DNA of 64,000 nt, taken from a virus. Its lineage: Duplodnaviria; Caudoviricetes. The position numbers were made by a program, and so were the translations under genes. Below, piece after piece: positions 38,519 to 47,920 of the stretch. The notes under the pieces are model-generated. The model ran no database searches. It saw only the letters and a list, made by a program, of their open reading frames with translations, and was not told where the DNA came from. The DNA is taken from positions 64,001-128,000 of the IMG/VR virus record IMGVR_UViG_3300028886_000035; one strand, given 5' to 3'. Position 1 is the first letter of the stretch. Each line of letters begins with the position of its first letter.

Positions 38519-39739
38519 TTATTCACTTTGTTCAACAACAATAAATCCTATTTTCATATCACGACACATATCTTTAATAAACTCATTTACATCATTTAAA
38601 TCAATTGAATTTAATGTATCAATAATAACATCTTTATCTATTGTATCGTGTGCTGCATATTGGTCTAATTTAAAACTATTTGCATCTTCACAACAACGAA
38701 AAGCCTTTTTAAAATCACTTGTTAAAAATGCTTTTGCATGATTAAATTCTTTTTGTGTAATGCCTTTATCTAAATCATTTAATTTTTCGACAATTAATTC
38801 TTTCGTTTTTTCAATATTATTTTTATTTAATGCAGTATAACAAAACATTAATGATGGTTCATTTAAATCAAATGTCATAGTATCTGCACGAACAGTATAC
38901 GCATATCCATACTTTTCACGAATATCCATAAACCTAGAGCCAAATCCTCCACCCAATACATGAGCAATAATTTCATTTATTAATGTTTCTTTCGTGTTGG
39001 ATGATTTTGTTTCCCATATAGCAACCATTGTTGATTGAATTCCTTCAATTGTATCTACATTATCTTCAATAGTTATAATTGGATTGACAACACGATTATT
39101 AATGGAAGTTTTTGCAAATTCATATCCTTCTAAATAGTCAGATACAAATTCACAAATTTGTTCATGTTTTACATTACCTGTTACCATTAATGTAATATTT
39201 GATGGAATATAATTAGAATTAATAAAATTAATTAATTGTTCTCTAGTAATATTCCTTACGGTTTCAGGTGTTCCACCATTTGTCCAACGATTAGCATATT
39301 TTCTAAAAATTGTTTTAGTAATATTTTCCATTACTCTATGTGTAGCATCGTCATGATACATATTCAATTCTTCAATAACTACGCTTTTTTCTAATTCAAA
39401 TTCTTCTTCAGGAATAGTATTATTAAATACAATATCAGATATTACATCTAATGCAGTTTTCCAATATTCTTTTAAAATGGTACAATGAAATGCAGTACTA
39501 TTTTCTGCGGTATATGCATTCATGTCGCCGCCATATTGTTGTACATCTAACCAAATTTCATCTTTATCTCTATTTGCAGTACCTTTAAAAACTTGATGTT
39601 CTGCTAAATGTGCAATACCCAAACAATCATTCGGTTCATCAAAACTACCTTTATTTACAATATATCCCATAGAAACAAAATCTTCATCTGTTTGTTCTGT
39701 TATAACAGTCAAACCATTATCTAAAATTGTTTTTTTCAT
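38519..39739 (-). CDS. M16B family zinc peptidase (pitrilysin/MPP-like)
   Basis: LDNGLTV, GIAHLAEH (HxxEH), FKGT, NAYT, EKSVVIEEL, RF..IREKYGYAY. Confidence 0.92.
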   Translation of the reverse strand: MKKTILDNGLTVITEQTDEDFVSMGYIVNKGSFDEPNDCLGIAHLAEHQVFKGTANRDKDEIWLDVQQYGGDMNAYTAENSTAFHCTILKEYWKTALDVISDIVFNNTIPEEEFELEKSVVIEELNMYHDDATHRVMENITKTIFRKYANRWTNGGTPETVRNITREQLINFINSNYIPSNITLMVTGNVKHEQICEFVSDYLEGYEFAKTSINNRVVNPIITIEDNVDTIEGIQSTMVAIWETKSSNTKETLINEIIAHVLGGGFGSRFMDIREKYGYAYTVRADTMTFDLNEPSLMFCYTALNKNNIEKTKELIVEKLNDLDKGITQKEFNHAKAFLTSDFKKAFRCCEDANSFKLDQYAAHDTIDKDVIIDTLNSIDLNDVNEFIKDMCRDMKIGFIVVEQSE

Positions 39740-39845
39740 ATATATTTATCTCCATTTCATAATCATAATTTATTATATATATTTATTCATAAAAAAAATA
39801 ATATTTGATTGATAAAAAATAGCCTAGAAAACTAGGCTATTAAAA

Positions 39846-42800
39846 TCATCTAAATTTATATCTACCTGCCGTTGCTTTTGGCATATGTCCTCTACGACCT
39901 TCTACTGTTGCAAAGTTGGCAAGAACATCACTATCAGGTACATCATCATGATAACCTAATGGTGCTTCAATTTTCTTATTAACAGAATAACCTGTAACTG
40001 TTTGTTCCAAATCTGCCCATTCGCTTACCATACGATGATAGTATCCAATATTATTTTCTCCTGCACCTTCCGCAGTTGATTTTAAAAATCTTTCTTTAGT
40101 CATATATTTAAATTTACCATTATCTAATTCCTGTCTCCACTTTGCATACATGATATTTTTCATATTCATTCCTGAACCTGTAAATCTATCACGAGCATTA
40201 AAAATAATTCCCTCTAAATTTTTAATACCAAATTCTTCCTGCAAAGTTTGAACAACCGCAGCTCCACAACCTGTATAATCTGCAAAAATCTTTTTACATT
40301 CAAATCGTGGATGATAACCACCAAATAAATTAGATATATAGTACATTTGTTGTGGATAACTTGTATCCTGAAATTCTTTGGAGAAAACTTTTTGTTTTGT
40401 TCCATCACGAGCTACACGCAATACGGTAATTTGCGTACTATCTCCATCAGGATTACTACCTGCAAAGTCAATACCTGCTACATAATTTTCTCCAATAATT
40501 CCGTGGTCTATCCAATCAAATTGTCCATCTGTCATTTTCTTTATTTGGTCACTATCCAAATATTTGCCTGCGCCATCAATAAATTCAAGCATATATTGTG
40601 TTTTAAAATCTTCGATAGACAAGTTTCCTTCTGTCCATAATTCAGGATTATTAGGGAACATTTCTTCTTTTAAAACTTTAGGCATAGCTTGTTCTAATAC
40701 GAATCGTGAATATGGACGTACAATACCTGTTTTTGGGTCAGGTAAATATATTGCATCTAATGCCCATAACTGTTGACATTGTGTCCAATCTCTACGTACT
40801 ACAGTCCATTTATCATGTGCTTTACCTTCTACTGCATCATAAAAATGATTGCGAGTCTTTGGTGTACCAATTTGCACTATTTTAGCATTTGTGTTATGAA
40901 CAAAGATGCCATTTGCAATAAATGAATGGTGTTTGTCTACTGTCAAATCATAAACGTGTTGTAATCCTGAGAATTCAACTTTTACAACTCTTGAAAATCT
41001 CAAATCAGTATCAAGTAGTTCCTTTGGAATTTTATGTTTATGTTGTTTTAAAATTTCTACACCTTTGTTCAAAGTTTCTTGTTTATAAGAAACCAAAAGT
41101 TTGAAATTCTTATGGAAATTTTCAACTGATTCTTTATCCTTTACATGCAACACATAATATTTTTTGTAGCTAACTGTTTTGCCATTAATTTGATGTTGTT
41201 TTTTTCCATTTCTCTCTTGTATATAACTCTGTACGCCAAATTTACAAAGAATATCTTGAACATTTTTAACAATATTCAAACATATCGAAACAAATTCAAT
41301 TCTGCAACGTCTATTTTCTTCAAGACGTACAGAACCATCAGTATCATACAGCCCGCCAATTAATTCCTGTAAAGACTCTTTATCCCATTTTTCAAAATCT
41401 TTTGGTAATATTTTACTCATAGACGTTTTACCATCCAATCCAGAGTCTTTCATATGTTGCACAAAACCAATAATCGTACCGCTTTTATAATTACGATTAT
41501 CTTTTGTCACAAAACACTTTGAAGAAATTTCGCTAAATTTAAAACCCATAGAGTTAATATAATCAATCAATTCTTGGTCTTGGGTAAAATATTGTGCAGA
41601 GTTTATACAACATCCGTCACCTATCATCATTCCAAACAAACGGGCATACTGATTATGAATTGTACCAAAGAATGGCAATTCTTTCGGAATTCCCACCTGA
41701 TAGCCAACTTTAATTTTATCCAAACGTTCCCATCTTGGAATTCTTGCTTTTTTTGTTTCTCTGCTTTTTACAATAATGGGGTGGTCATCTGTACCACAAA
41801 TAGTTTTGCCATTAGCCAAAGTAATTGTTATGGTATCATATACACCTGTATCATGAAATTCTGTAATATTGCCTTTAACAATCTTTTTTGTGTCAAAATC
41901 AACACATGGAATTTCATTTATATTTTTATTATTCACCAATTCTTCTATAGTTTGCGTTGTTCCATCAAGCAATTGAATTTGGGAATTGCCTATCAAACAG
42001 CCGCCTCCCATAGGCACAATTCGTTCGCTGAATGTATAATCTGATACTTTCTGTGCCTCGTCCAATACAATAACGTCAAACGTTAAACCTTCAATATTGG
42101 ATTGGTCACTTGCTGATACCGCAGTTACATAAGATTTATTGCTTAATTCAATTCTATCTTTTGTTAGTTTTACTATTTTATTATTCAATCTATCTTCATT
42201 CATTTGAAAGAATGTAGATAAACGTCCAATAGATACTTCTGCCTGTTGTAAACGTGGGGTAAAGACACCTACTCGCATTTGTGGATAATTATCTATTAAA
42301 AATCCACAAAAAGAGCTAATAGATTCTGTATTATGTGTTACTGTATAATCCCCCAATAAAAACAAATGGTCAGGAGAATCTATTGTAAAACCGAAATATT
42401 CTCCTATTCCTTTTGGTTTAACTTTAAATTTAAAAATCAAACTGAAATTATTATCTGATAAATTTTTAGTTTTAACAGAAGATAATAACGAAAATCTACC
42501 AAAGAAATAAATGGAATTAGTTTTCTTATTCTTTTTTAAATTAGCTTTCATACCAACAGAACGAATTAAATCTAGCATTTCACAAGCAAAATTAAAATCA
42601 TCAATCTTTAATTTTATTTTATCTTTTCCTATTGTTGAACTTTTTCCATCAACAAATCCAGATAAAAATAGCAACCTTGTTTCTAATGAATTTATTTTTA
42701 TATCATGCAAAATATCATTGTTTGTATGATGATTAATATAGTCTTGGATGTTTTTATCAAAAACATTTTTCTCTTTGTTTGACAAAATTTTTCCTAAATT

Positions 42801-44555
42801 ATATACATTAAAATCAAAAGCAATATATTGATAATTTATATTTGCTCTATATCCAAATAAAGTTTTTCGTTCTTGTAAAGGTAATTTTAAATAATCTTTA
42901 ATCTCTATATTAAAGATATTGTTTTTTGTATCAATCAAAGATATTATATGGGAAGCATTAACAGTAAACGGTTCATATCCAATATCATTCGGTATTATTT
43001 CAAACATATCTTCATATCCATGACCTAAATTTGTAACTAATCTAGGTTCGCTTGTAGGAGACATTACATAATCTCCGATTTTTATATCTTCTACGTTTTT
43101 CCTTGAGCCATCTGCCATCAAAATTTTTGTTCCCTTTGCGAAACACTTGCCCGAATTATGAACTACCATACCTCCTGCAATAAACCATCCTTTATTTGGA
43201 AATTCTACATCCCAAACTTCTCCTATACCGATTTCTTTCCTTGATACAAACGGAGAATAATATAAATTTTCCCCATCTAAGCCTTTTTCTGTTTTTAATG
43301 GATTGCATCCTTTTGCATATTTAACATTAGGCATTGGCTTATCCAATATATCTCCAATAGTATTTATAAAATTTTTTCTATTTCTTTGACCACCTATAGA
43401 GATTCTATAAAACCATTGTGTACTCTTTTTAAACCATTCTTTTTTTATTGACCCACGAATCCCTAATTTATTTAAATTTTCTCTTAAAAATTGTGCGTAT
43501 TCCCATGATGTTTTTCCTGATAATCCCATTTCATAATTTAATTTATTTCGTTTTATCTTTTTAGAAATCCATCCATCACCACACCACATACCTCTGAAAA
43601 AAGCACATAATTGTGATTTTGTAAAATAATTTAATGCACGAGGTATTCTGTTTTCATCATAATTTAAAATTCTAATAAAGTCTTTAAATGAGTTTTTATT
43701 ATCTTTTTTACCAGTTGTAAATAATAATTGTGAGCCTTTTCCATTTGTATATTCTTTTATATGAATATCATGGAAATATTTTTCAACAATATATTTCACT
43801 CTATTCAAATAATTTTTATTGATATTTGTAAATTTACATGATTGTCGTGGATTTTTAAAATATCCATCCGATGTTATAAAACCTACTAATTCTGCCAATT
43901 CATCATTCATTTCAAAAATACCTTCATGTACTTGATTTGGCGAATGTATATTTATAAAAGTTTCATAACGATATGGTATTTTACCATCACCAAATTTATC
44001 CCATGAATCCAAACATAAAACCCAATCTTGTTTTGCTAGTTCATCTGCACGTTTCCAACCATTTTGTGTTTTGATAGGGTGATTACCTGTACATTTAATA
44101 ATATGTCCACCTTTTACATGAATTTCAAAAATAGGAGCATTATCATTTGTTTTCCATGCATCTTTATATTCTTCAATAGGAATTAATTTTCCATCACGAG
44201 TATGAATAATTGTTCCTTTTAATAAACATTGTCGGCTCATCATTCCTGCTACCTGTTTCAATTTTGGATTACATACTGCACGAATTAAAGCAGTTTGATT
44301 TTCATGTAATTTCTGTCTGCTTTCAGGCAAATGGTGGCGTAACACATTTTCACAATATTCTACAGGGTCTAATCTATTTAAAAAATGATGATAAATAAAA
44401 TCATCTAATTCTTCACCGTTAATAACATTTTCTTTACTTGACGCTACTATATCATCTTTTATAACAGATAAATTGTTTTGAATGTCTTTTGTCAACGCTT
44501 GTGTAGGCGTTTCTTCTTTATGCTTTATAGGCAATTTATATATCATTCCTTTCAT
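39846..44555 (-). CDS. terL: Terminase large subunit with three inteins (about 570 aa after splicing)
   Basis: Spliced Walker A SRQSGKTE, Walker B VIVLDEAQ, GTP coupling motif, nuclease GIDFA..D and HDDVPDS. Confidence 0.93.
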   Translation of the reverse strand: MKGMIYKLPIKHKEETPTQALTKDIQNNLSVIKDDIVASSKENVINGEELDDFIYHHFLNRLDPVEYCENVLRHHLPESRQKLHENQTALIRAVCNPKLKQVAGMMSRQCLLKGTIIHTRDGKLIPIEEYKDAWKTNDNAPIFEIHVKGGHIIKCTGNHPIKTQNGWKRADELAKQDWVLCLDSWDKFGDGKIPYRYETFINIHSPNQVHEGIFEMNDELAELVGFITSDGYFKNPRQSCKFTNINKNYLNRVKYIVEKYFHDIHIKEYTNGKGSQLLFTTGKKDNKNSFKDFIRILNYDENRIPRALNYFTKSQLCAFFRGMWCGDGWISKKIKRNKLNYEMGLSGKTSWEYAQFLRENLNKLGIRGSIKKEWFKKSTQWFYRISIGGQRNRKNFINTIGDILDKPMPNVKYAKGCNPLKTEKGLDGENLYYSPFVSRKEIGIGEVWDVEFPNKGWFIAGGMVVHNSGKCFAKGTKILMADGSRKNVEDIKIGDYVMSPTSEPRLVTNLGHGYEDMFEIIPNDIGYEPFTVNASHIISLIDTKNNIFNIEIKDYLKLPLQERKTLFGYRANINYQYIAFDFNVYNLGKILSNKEKNVFDKNIQDYINHHTNNDILHDIKINSLETRLLFLSGFVDGKSSTIGKDKIKLKIDDFNFACEMLDLIRSVGMKANLKKNKKTNSIYFFGRFSLLSSVKTKNLSDNNFSLIFKFKVKPKGIGEYFGFTIDSPDHLFLLGDYTVTHNTESISSFCGFLIDNYPQMRVGVFTPRLQQAEVSIGRLSTFFQMNEDRLNNKIVKLTKDRIELSNKSYVTAVSASDQSNIEGLTFDVIVLDEAQKVSDYTFSERIVPMGGGCLIGNSQIQLLDGTTQTIEELVNNKNINEIPCVDFDTKKIVKGNITEFHDTGVYDTITITLANGKTICGTDDHPIIVKSRETKKARIPRWERLDKIKVGYQVGIPKELPFFGTIHNQYARLFGMMIGDGCCINSAQYFTQDQELIDYINSMGFKFSEISSKCFVTKDNRNYKSGTIIGFVQHMKDSGLDGKTSMSKILPKDFEKWDKESLQELIGGLYDTDGSVRLEENRRCRIEFVSICLNIVKNVQDILCKFGVQSYIQERNGKKQHQINGKTVSYKKYYVLHVKDKESVENFHKNFKLLVSYKQETLNKGVEILKQHKHKIPKELLDTDLRFSRVVKVEFSGLQHVYDLTVDKHHSFIANGIFVHNTNAKIVQIGTPKTRNHFYDAVEGKAHDKWTVVRRDWTQCQQLWALDAIYLPDPKTGIVRPYSRFVLEQAMPKVLKEEMFPNNPELWTEGNLSIEDFKTQYMLEFIDGAGKYLDSDQIKKMTDGQFDWIDHGIIGENYVAGIDFAGSNPDGDSTQITVLRVARDGTKQKVFSKEFQDTSYPQQMYYISNLFGGYHPRFECKKIFADYTGCGAAVVQTLQEEFGIKNLEGIIFNARDRFTGSGMNMKNIMYAKWRQELDNGKFKYMTKERFLKSTAEGAGENNIGYYHRMVSEWADLEQTVTGYSVNKKIEAPLGYHDDVPDSDVLANFATVEGRRGHMPKATAGRYKFR
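40893..41999 (-). mobile_element. Intein 3 (369 aa) with LAGLIDADG endonuclease
   Basis: G|CLIGNS ... FVHN|T; LFGMMIGDG and IGGLYDTDG motifs. Confidence 0.9.
42330..43145 (-). mobile_element. Intein 2 (272 aa) with degenerate endonuclease
   Basis: K|CFAKGTKILMADG ... VTHN|T; only an FLSGFVDG remnant. Confidence 0.9.
43155..44228 (-). mobile_element. Intein 1 (358 aa) with LAGLIDADG endonuclease
   Basis: Q|CLLKGT ... VVHN|S; LVGFITSDG and FRGMWCGDG motifs. Confidence 0.9.
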
Positions 44556-44610
44556 ACTCTGTTATATTGGTCTTTTTAAATATTATATAAAATTTTTATG
44601 TAAATATAAC

Positions 44611-44644
44611 AAAACAGGTATCTGAAATCAGATACCTGTTTTTT
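44611..44644 (-). terminator. Intrinsic terminator upstream of terL
   Basis: aaaacaggtatctga-aa-tcagatacctgtttt. Confidence 0.75.
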
Positions 44645-44864
44645 GTAATTATATAATTTTAAGTGGATAATTTCTTTTTAATTGATAAAAAACGCTTAAA
44701 AATTTATCATAACCTATATCACTTACATTTGTTTGCCATTCCAATTCACGGAGCTTGTCATCTGAAGGATAGGCAATTAATTTTTTAATTTTAAATCACT
44801 TTCATAATTTTCAGGATTATCATATTATTCATCATATGAAAAATCTGCTTCATTAAGTGCTTTT

Positions 44865-45287
44865 TTAGTAACTTTTTTTACCATCAATTATAGTATCAAT
44901 ATAATTTTTATATTTATCTGATAAATCGCCTATAAGCATATCATATGCGTTCCAAAAATCTTCTTCTCCAACTCTTGCAGTATCATTCCTACTAAACAAA
45001 TGCAACACATGATTATTATCCTTTAAATTTACAAGTGTATCATCAACAAATGAAATATCAATCATATCTGAAATTGCATCTGAAACGATAGTTTGTATAT
45101 CTTCATCATTTAATGTTTTTTTATCACTATAAAAATTATTAACAACGTTATTAATATTTTTTTTAATTTCTGCATCGGATTTATTACAAAAATCCATCAT
45201 AATTTCAAAAAAATCATGTTCTGTTTTCGGAGTTCCATCACTATTGATATTTTTAATTTTAATATTATTTGCAAACAATCTTTTCAT
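44865..45287 (-). CDS. Hypothetical protein (MKRLFA tag)
   Basis: ORF track; GAGG RBS. Confidence 0.6.
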   Translation of the reverse strand: MKRLFANNIKIKNINSDGTPKTEHDFFEIMMDFCNKSDAEIKKNINNVVNNFYSDKKTLNDEDIQTIVSDAISDMIDISFVDDTLVNLKDNNHVLHLFSRNDTARVGEEDFWNAYDMLIGDLSDKYKNYIDTIIDGKKSY

Positions 45288-45306
45288 TTCAACACAACCT
45301 CAATCT

Positions 45307-46338
45307 TTATTCTATATTATTATTTTTAAATTCTACATCATAACCAATTTTAGCTTTATCTAAAAGTTGTTTTGTATTATTATCATACAATGCAAGGTTC
45401 ATTGTATGATTCCCATTATTATGGAATTTAAATGCAAACATTTCATAAAAACCGCTTTTATTTAATTCTAAATTGGTTATCTTAAATTCATTTTCTTGAT
45501 AATGTGGTGTATAATTGCTACTGAATATCGTTGTATCATCACAACGCACATATAAAGTACAATTTAAATTATTATTTAAGCTATCAAATGATTTGATTTT
45601 TATTGCTACTTTAACAAAGTCATCACAGGATTCCGTTACAATATTAACTGTATCTGCATTATAAACAAATTTATAATCTGTATGAGTGTTTTTGTTATCT
45701 TCTGATGGATTATCATTATAAGCATCTGCTCTAGTAAAATAAGGTGTTCCATCATCTTTAAAACGTATAATATACTCTATTCCACCATCAGATAACACAT
45801 GATATTCTTGTTTTGGGTTAAACATTAATTTTAATTTATCTATTTCTGCGGACAATGCTTCATATTTATCATAAAATTCTTTTAATTGTTTTCTATCTTC
45901 AGAAGTAAAAGAATAGTCCGATTCTAATCCACATTTATATGTGCAACGCATTTCCTGTGTAGAACTAAAATTAAATACATTACGTAAATCATAAATCATG
46001 TCTTGTGTAATCATTATTGTACTAGCATTTAATTCAATAATACACAAATGAAAACAATCTTCAGGTAATTTAGGAATACGTTTTTCTTCAGTAGATTGTA
46101 CACCATACGTATATACGATTTCGCCTTTTGAATTAATAGATAAAACAACTAACCATGTACCAATGCGAGGTGCTTGTAATATTTCACTATCTTGTTCACT
46201 AAAATTAATCACTTGATTATTATAAATAATTGTACCACTATTAATATGTACGGACATATCTGCTACATCTAATTGTGTTACTTTGAACATATCCATAATC
46301 TTTTTTGATTTAAAATATTTTTCAGAATTTAATATCAA
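45307..46338 (-). CDS. Virion protein paralogous to the N- and C-terminal domains of 24395..26779, with possible Ig-like tail
   Basis: MSVHINSG..APRIG.W.V..IN.KG..ITQDMIYDLR and LSDGG.EY.I.F.DDGT motifs shared. Confidence 0.6.
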   Translation of the reverse strand: MILNSEKYFKSKKIMDMFKVTQLDVADMSVHINSGTIIYNNQVINFSEQDSEILQAPRIGTWLVVLSINSKGEIVYTYGVQSTEEKRIPKLPEDCFHLCIIELNASTIMITQDMIYDLRNVFNFSSTQEMRCTYKCGLESDYSFTSEDRKQLKEFYDKYEALSAEIDKLKLMFNPKQEYHVLSDGGIEYIIRFKDDGTPYFTRADAYNDNPSEDNKNTHTDYKFVYNADTVNIVTESCDDFVKVAIKIKSFDSLNNNLNCTLYVRCDDTTIFSSNYTPHYQENEFKITNLELNKSGFYEMFAFKFHNNGNHTMNLALYDNNTKQLLDKAKIGYDVEFKNNNIE

Positions 46339-46344
46339 TTATTC

Positions 46345-47802
46345 TCACCTCACATCTATGATATTCTTTCTCATATCTATGATATTGTTTTTAACGATAT
46401 TTTTAACTTTATTACGCAAATCTATACATACTTTTCTTAAATCTTTTACTAAATGAAATTTGTTTGCTAAACGAACAAAATAGTTTTCTCCATAATAAGG
46501 ATTTGTATAAACCTTATTTATATTTGATTCGTTTTTTAATGCTTTTGCTACTTCTTCTTGTGAACAATTAAATGTATCGTCATCAACAAAAGCAATATCT
46601 CCAACTACATGACCAAATCCTACTTTTTCATCATTGATTTGATTTTGCACAGACCTTCTACTACGATTTTTATTACTATCATCACCTGTTATCATATTAA
46701 CCAAATCTCTATGTGTCGCATTTGAATCTTTTCCAAAATAAATTTTTCCTTCATAATAAATAAAAGGTTTATCACGATTAAAATCATTAATGTGGTCAAT
46801 ATTTTTAGTTGGTATTCTCCTACCAATCGCATCATCATTATTATCTAATTCTGTTACCAAATCATTTGCTTGCGCATTTTTTATTTTAGAAAAAGCACTT
46901 CTATATTTATAAGCAGAAGAATCTGTATTTAAATAATTAAACCATTGTTTTTCTTCATCATCTGTGGAAATTTTATTTTGTTTTCTCAAAAAATTTATTA
47001 CATCACTGGGATATTCAACACCTAATTGGTCTAATGGCATATTAGCAAAATGTTTTTTTATATCATCGGAATCGAGTAATTCAGTATATTGCTTATCAAA
47101 ATCTATATCTGCCGTTCTACGTAAATCTAAAACTTTTTTACTACCATACGCATAAACTAACGGGAAATTTTCGTCTCGTGGTTCATCACGCATGTCTAAC
47201 ATGGGATATTCTTCTTTATATTTCTTTAATTCACGTAACCAATGAGCCAATTGTAAGTGTTCTTCTCCACAAGCATCACAACCAGTCAAGCTATATAAAT
47301 TATTATATGCTACTTCATCTGCATGTTCAATTGCTTCATCTAAAGACATTAAAGCAGTTTTTTTATTGTTATTACGTAAATCAACAATATTCAATCTTAA
47401 ATCTTTAATAATTGGACTCACCTTCTTGGCTTGCAATTCTATCTGTTGAAAAGAATTATTAATTTTTGTAATACGATGAATAAGACGATTTGCATTATAA
47501 TTTACACAATGATAAGCATCGCTTTTACGTTTAAGATTAAATTTACTTAAACGACCAAAATACTTATCTTTTACATTATCTCCACGCAAATATACTTTGC
47601 CATTACAACAATCAATAATTACAGAATCATATTTATTCATATATTTACCATTTAAAGCTACTTTTACATAGCTATTATTTCTTTTGCTATTCAAATTATT
47701 ATTTTTAAATTCTTGATTAAAATAATCAACTAATGCAAGCGTGAAGTCATCATTTTTACTATCATTTGGTTTAACTGTAATCTTAGCCACAAGTCTTTTC
47801 AT
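46345..47802 (-). CDS. Multidomain protein (MKRLVA tag) containing the TH/FGH domain (family member 4)
   Basis: RDKPFIYYEG..THRDL..FGHVVGDIAF..EEVAKALK..KVY..RLAN. Confidence 0.75.
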   Translation of the reverse strand: MKRLVAKITVKPNDSKNDDFTLALVDYFNQEFKNNNLNSKRNNSYVKVALNGKYMNKYDSVIIDCCNGKVYLRGDNVKDKYFGRLSKFNLKRKSDAYHCVNYNANRLIHRITKINNSFQQIELQAKKVSPIIKDLRLNIVDLRNNNKKTALMSLDEAIEHADEVAYNNLYSLTGCDACGEEHLQLAHWLRELKKYKEEYPMLDMRDEPRDENFPLVYAYGSKKVLDLRRTADIDFDKQYTELLDSDDIKKHFANMPLDQLGVEYPSDVINFLRKQNKISTDDEEKQWFNYLNTDSSAYKYRSAFSKIKNAQANDLVTELDNNDDAIGRRIPTKNIDHINDFNRDKPFIYYEGKIYFGKDSNATHRDLVNMITGDDSNKNRSRRSVQNQINDEKVGFGHVVGDIAFVDDDTFNCSQEEVAKALKNESNINKVYTNPYYGENYFVRLANKFHLVKDLRKVCIDLRNKVKNIVKNNIIDMRKNIIDVR

Positions 47803-47920
47803 TGAAAAATATCCCCTTTAAAAAATTTCCGTTCTATTTTACTCTATATAAAAAATAGTATTTATCATAAAAAAAATAATCTATCTATATAATGATATAG
47901 ATAGATTAAATTTAATTTTA

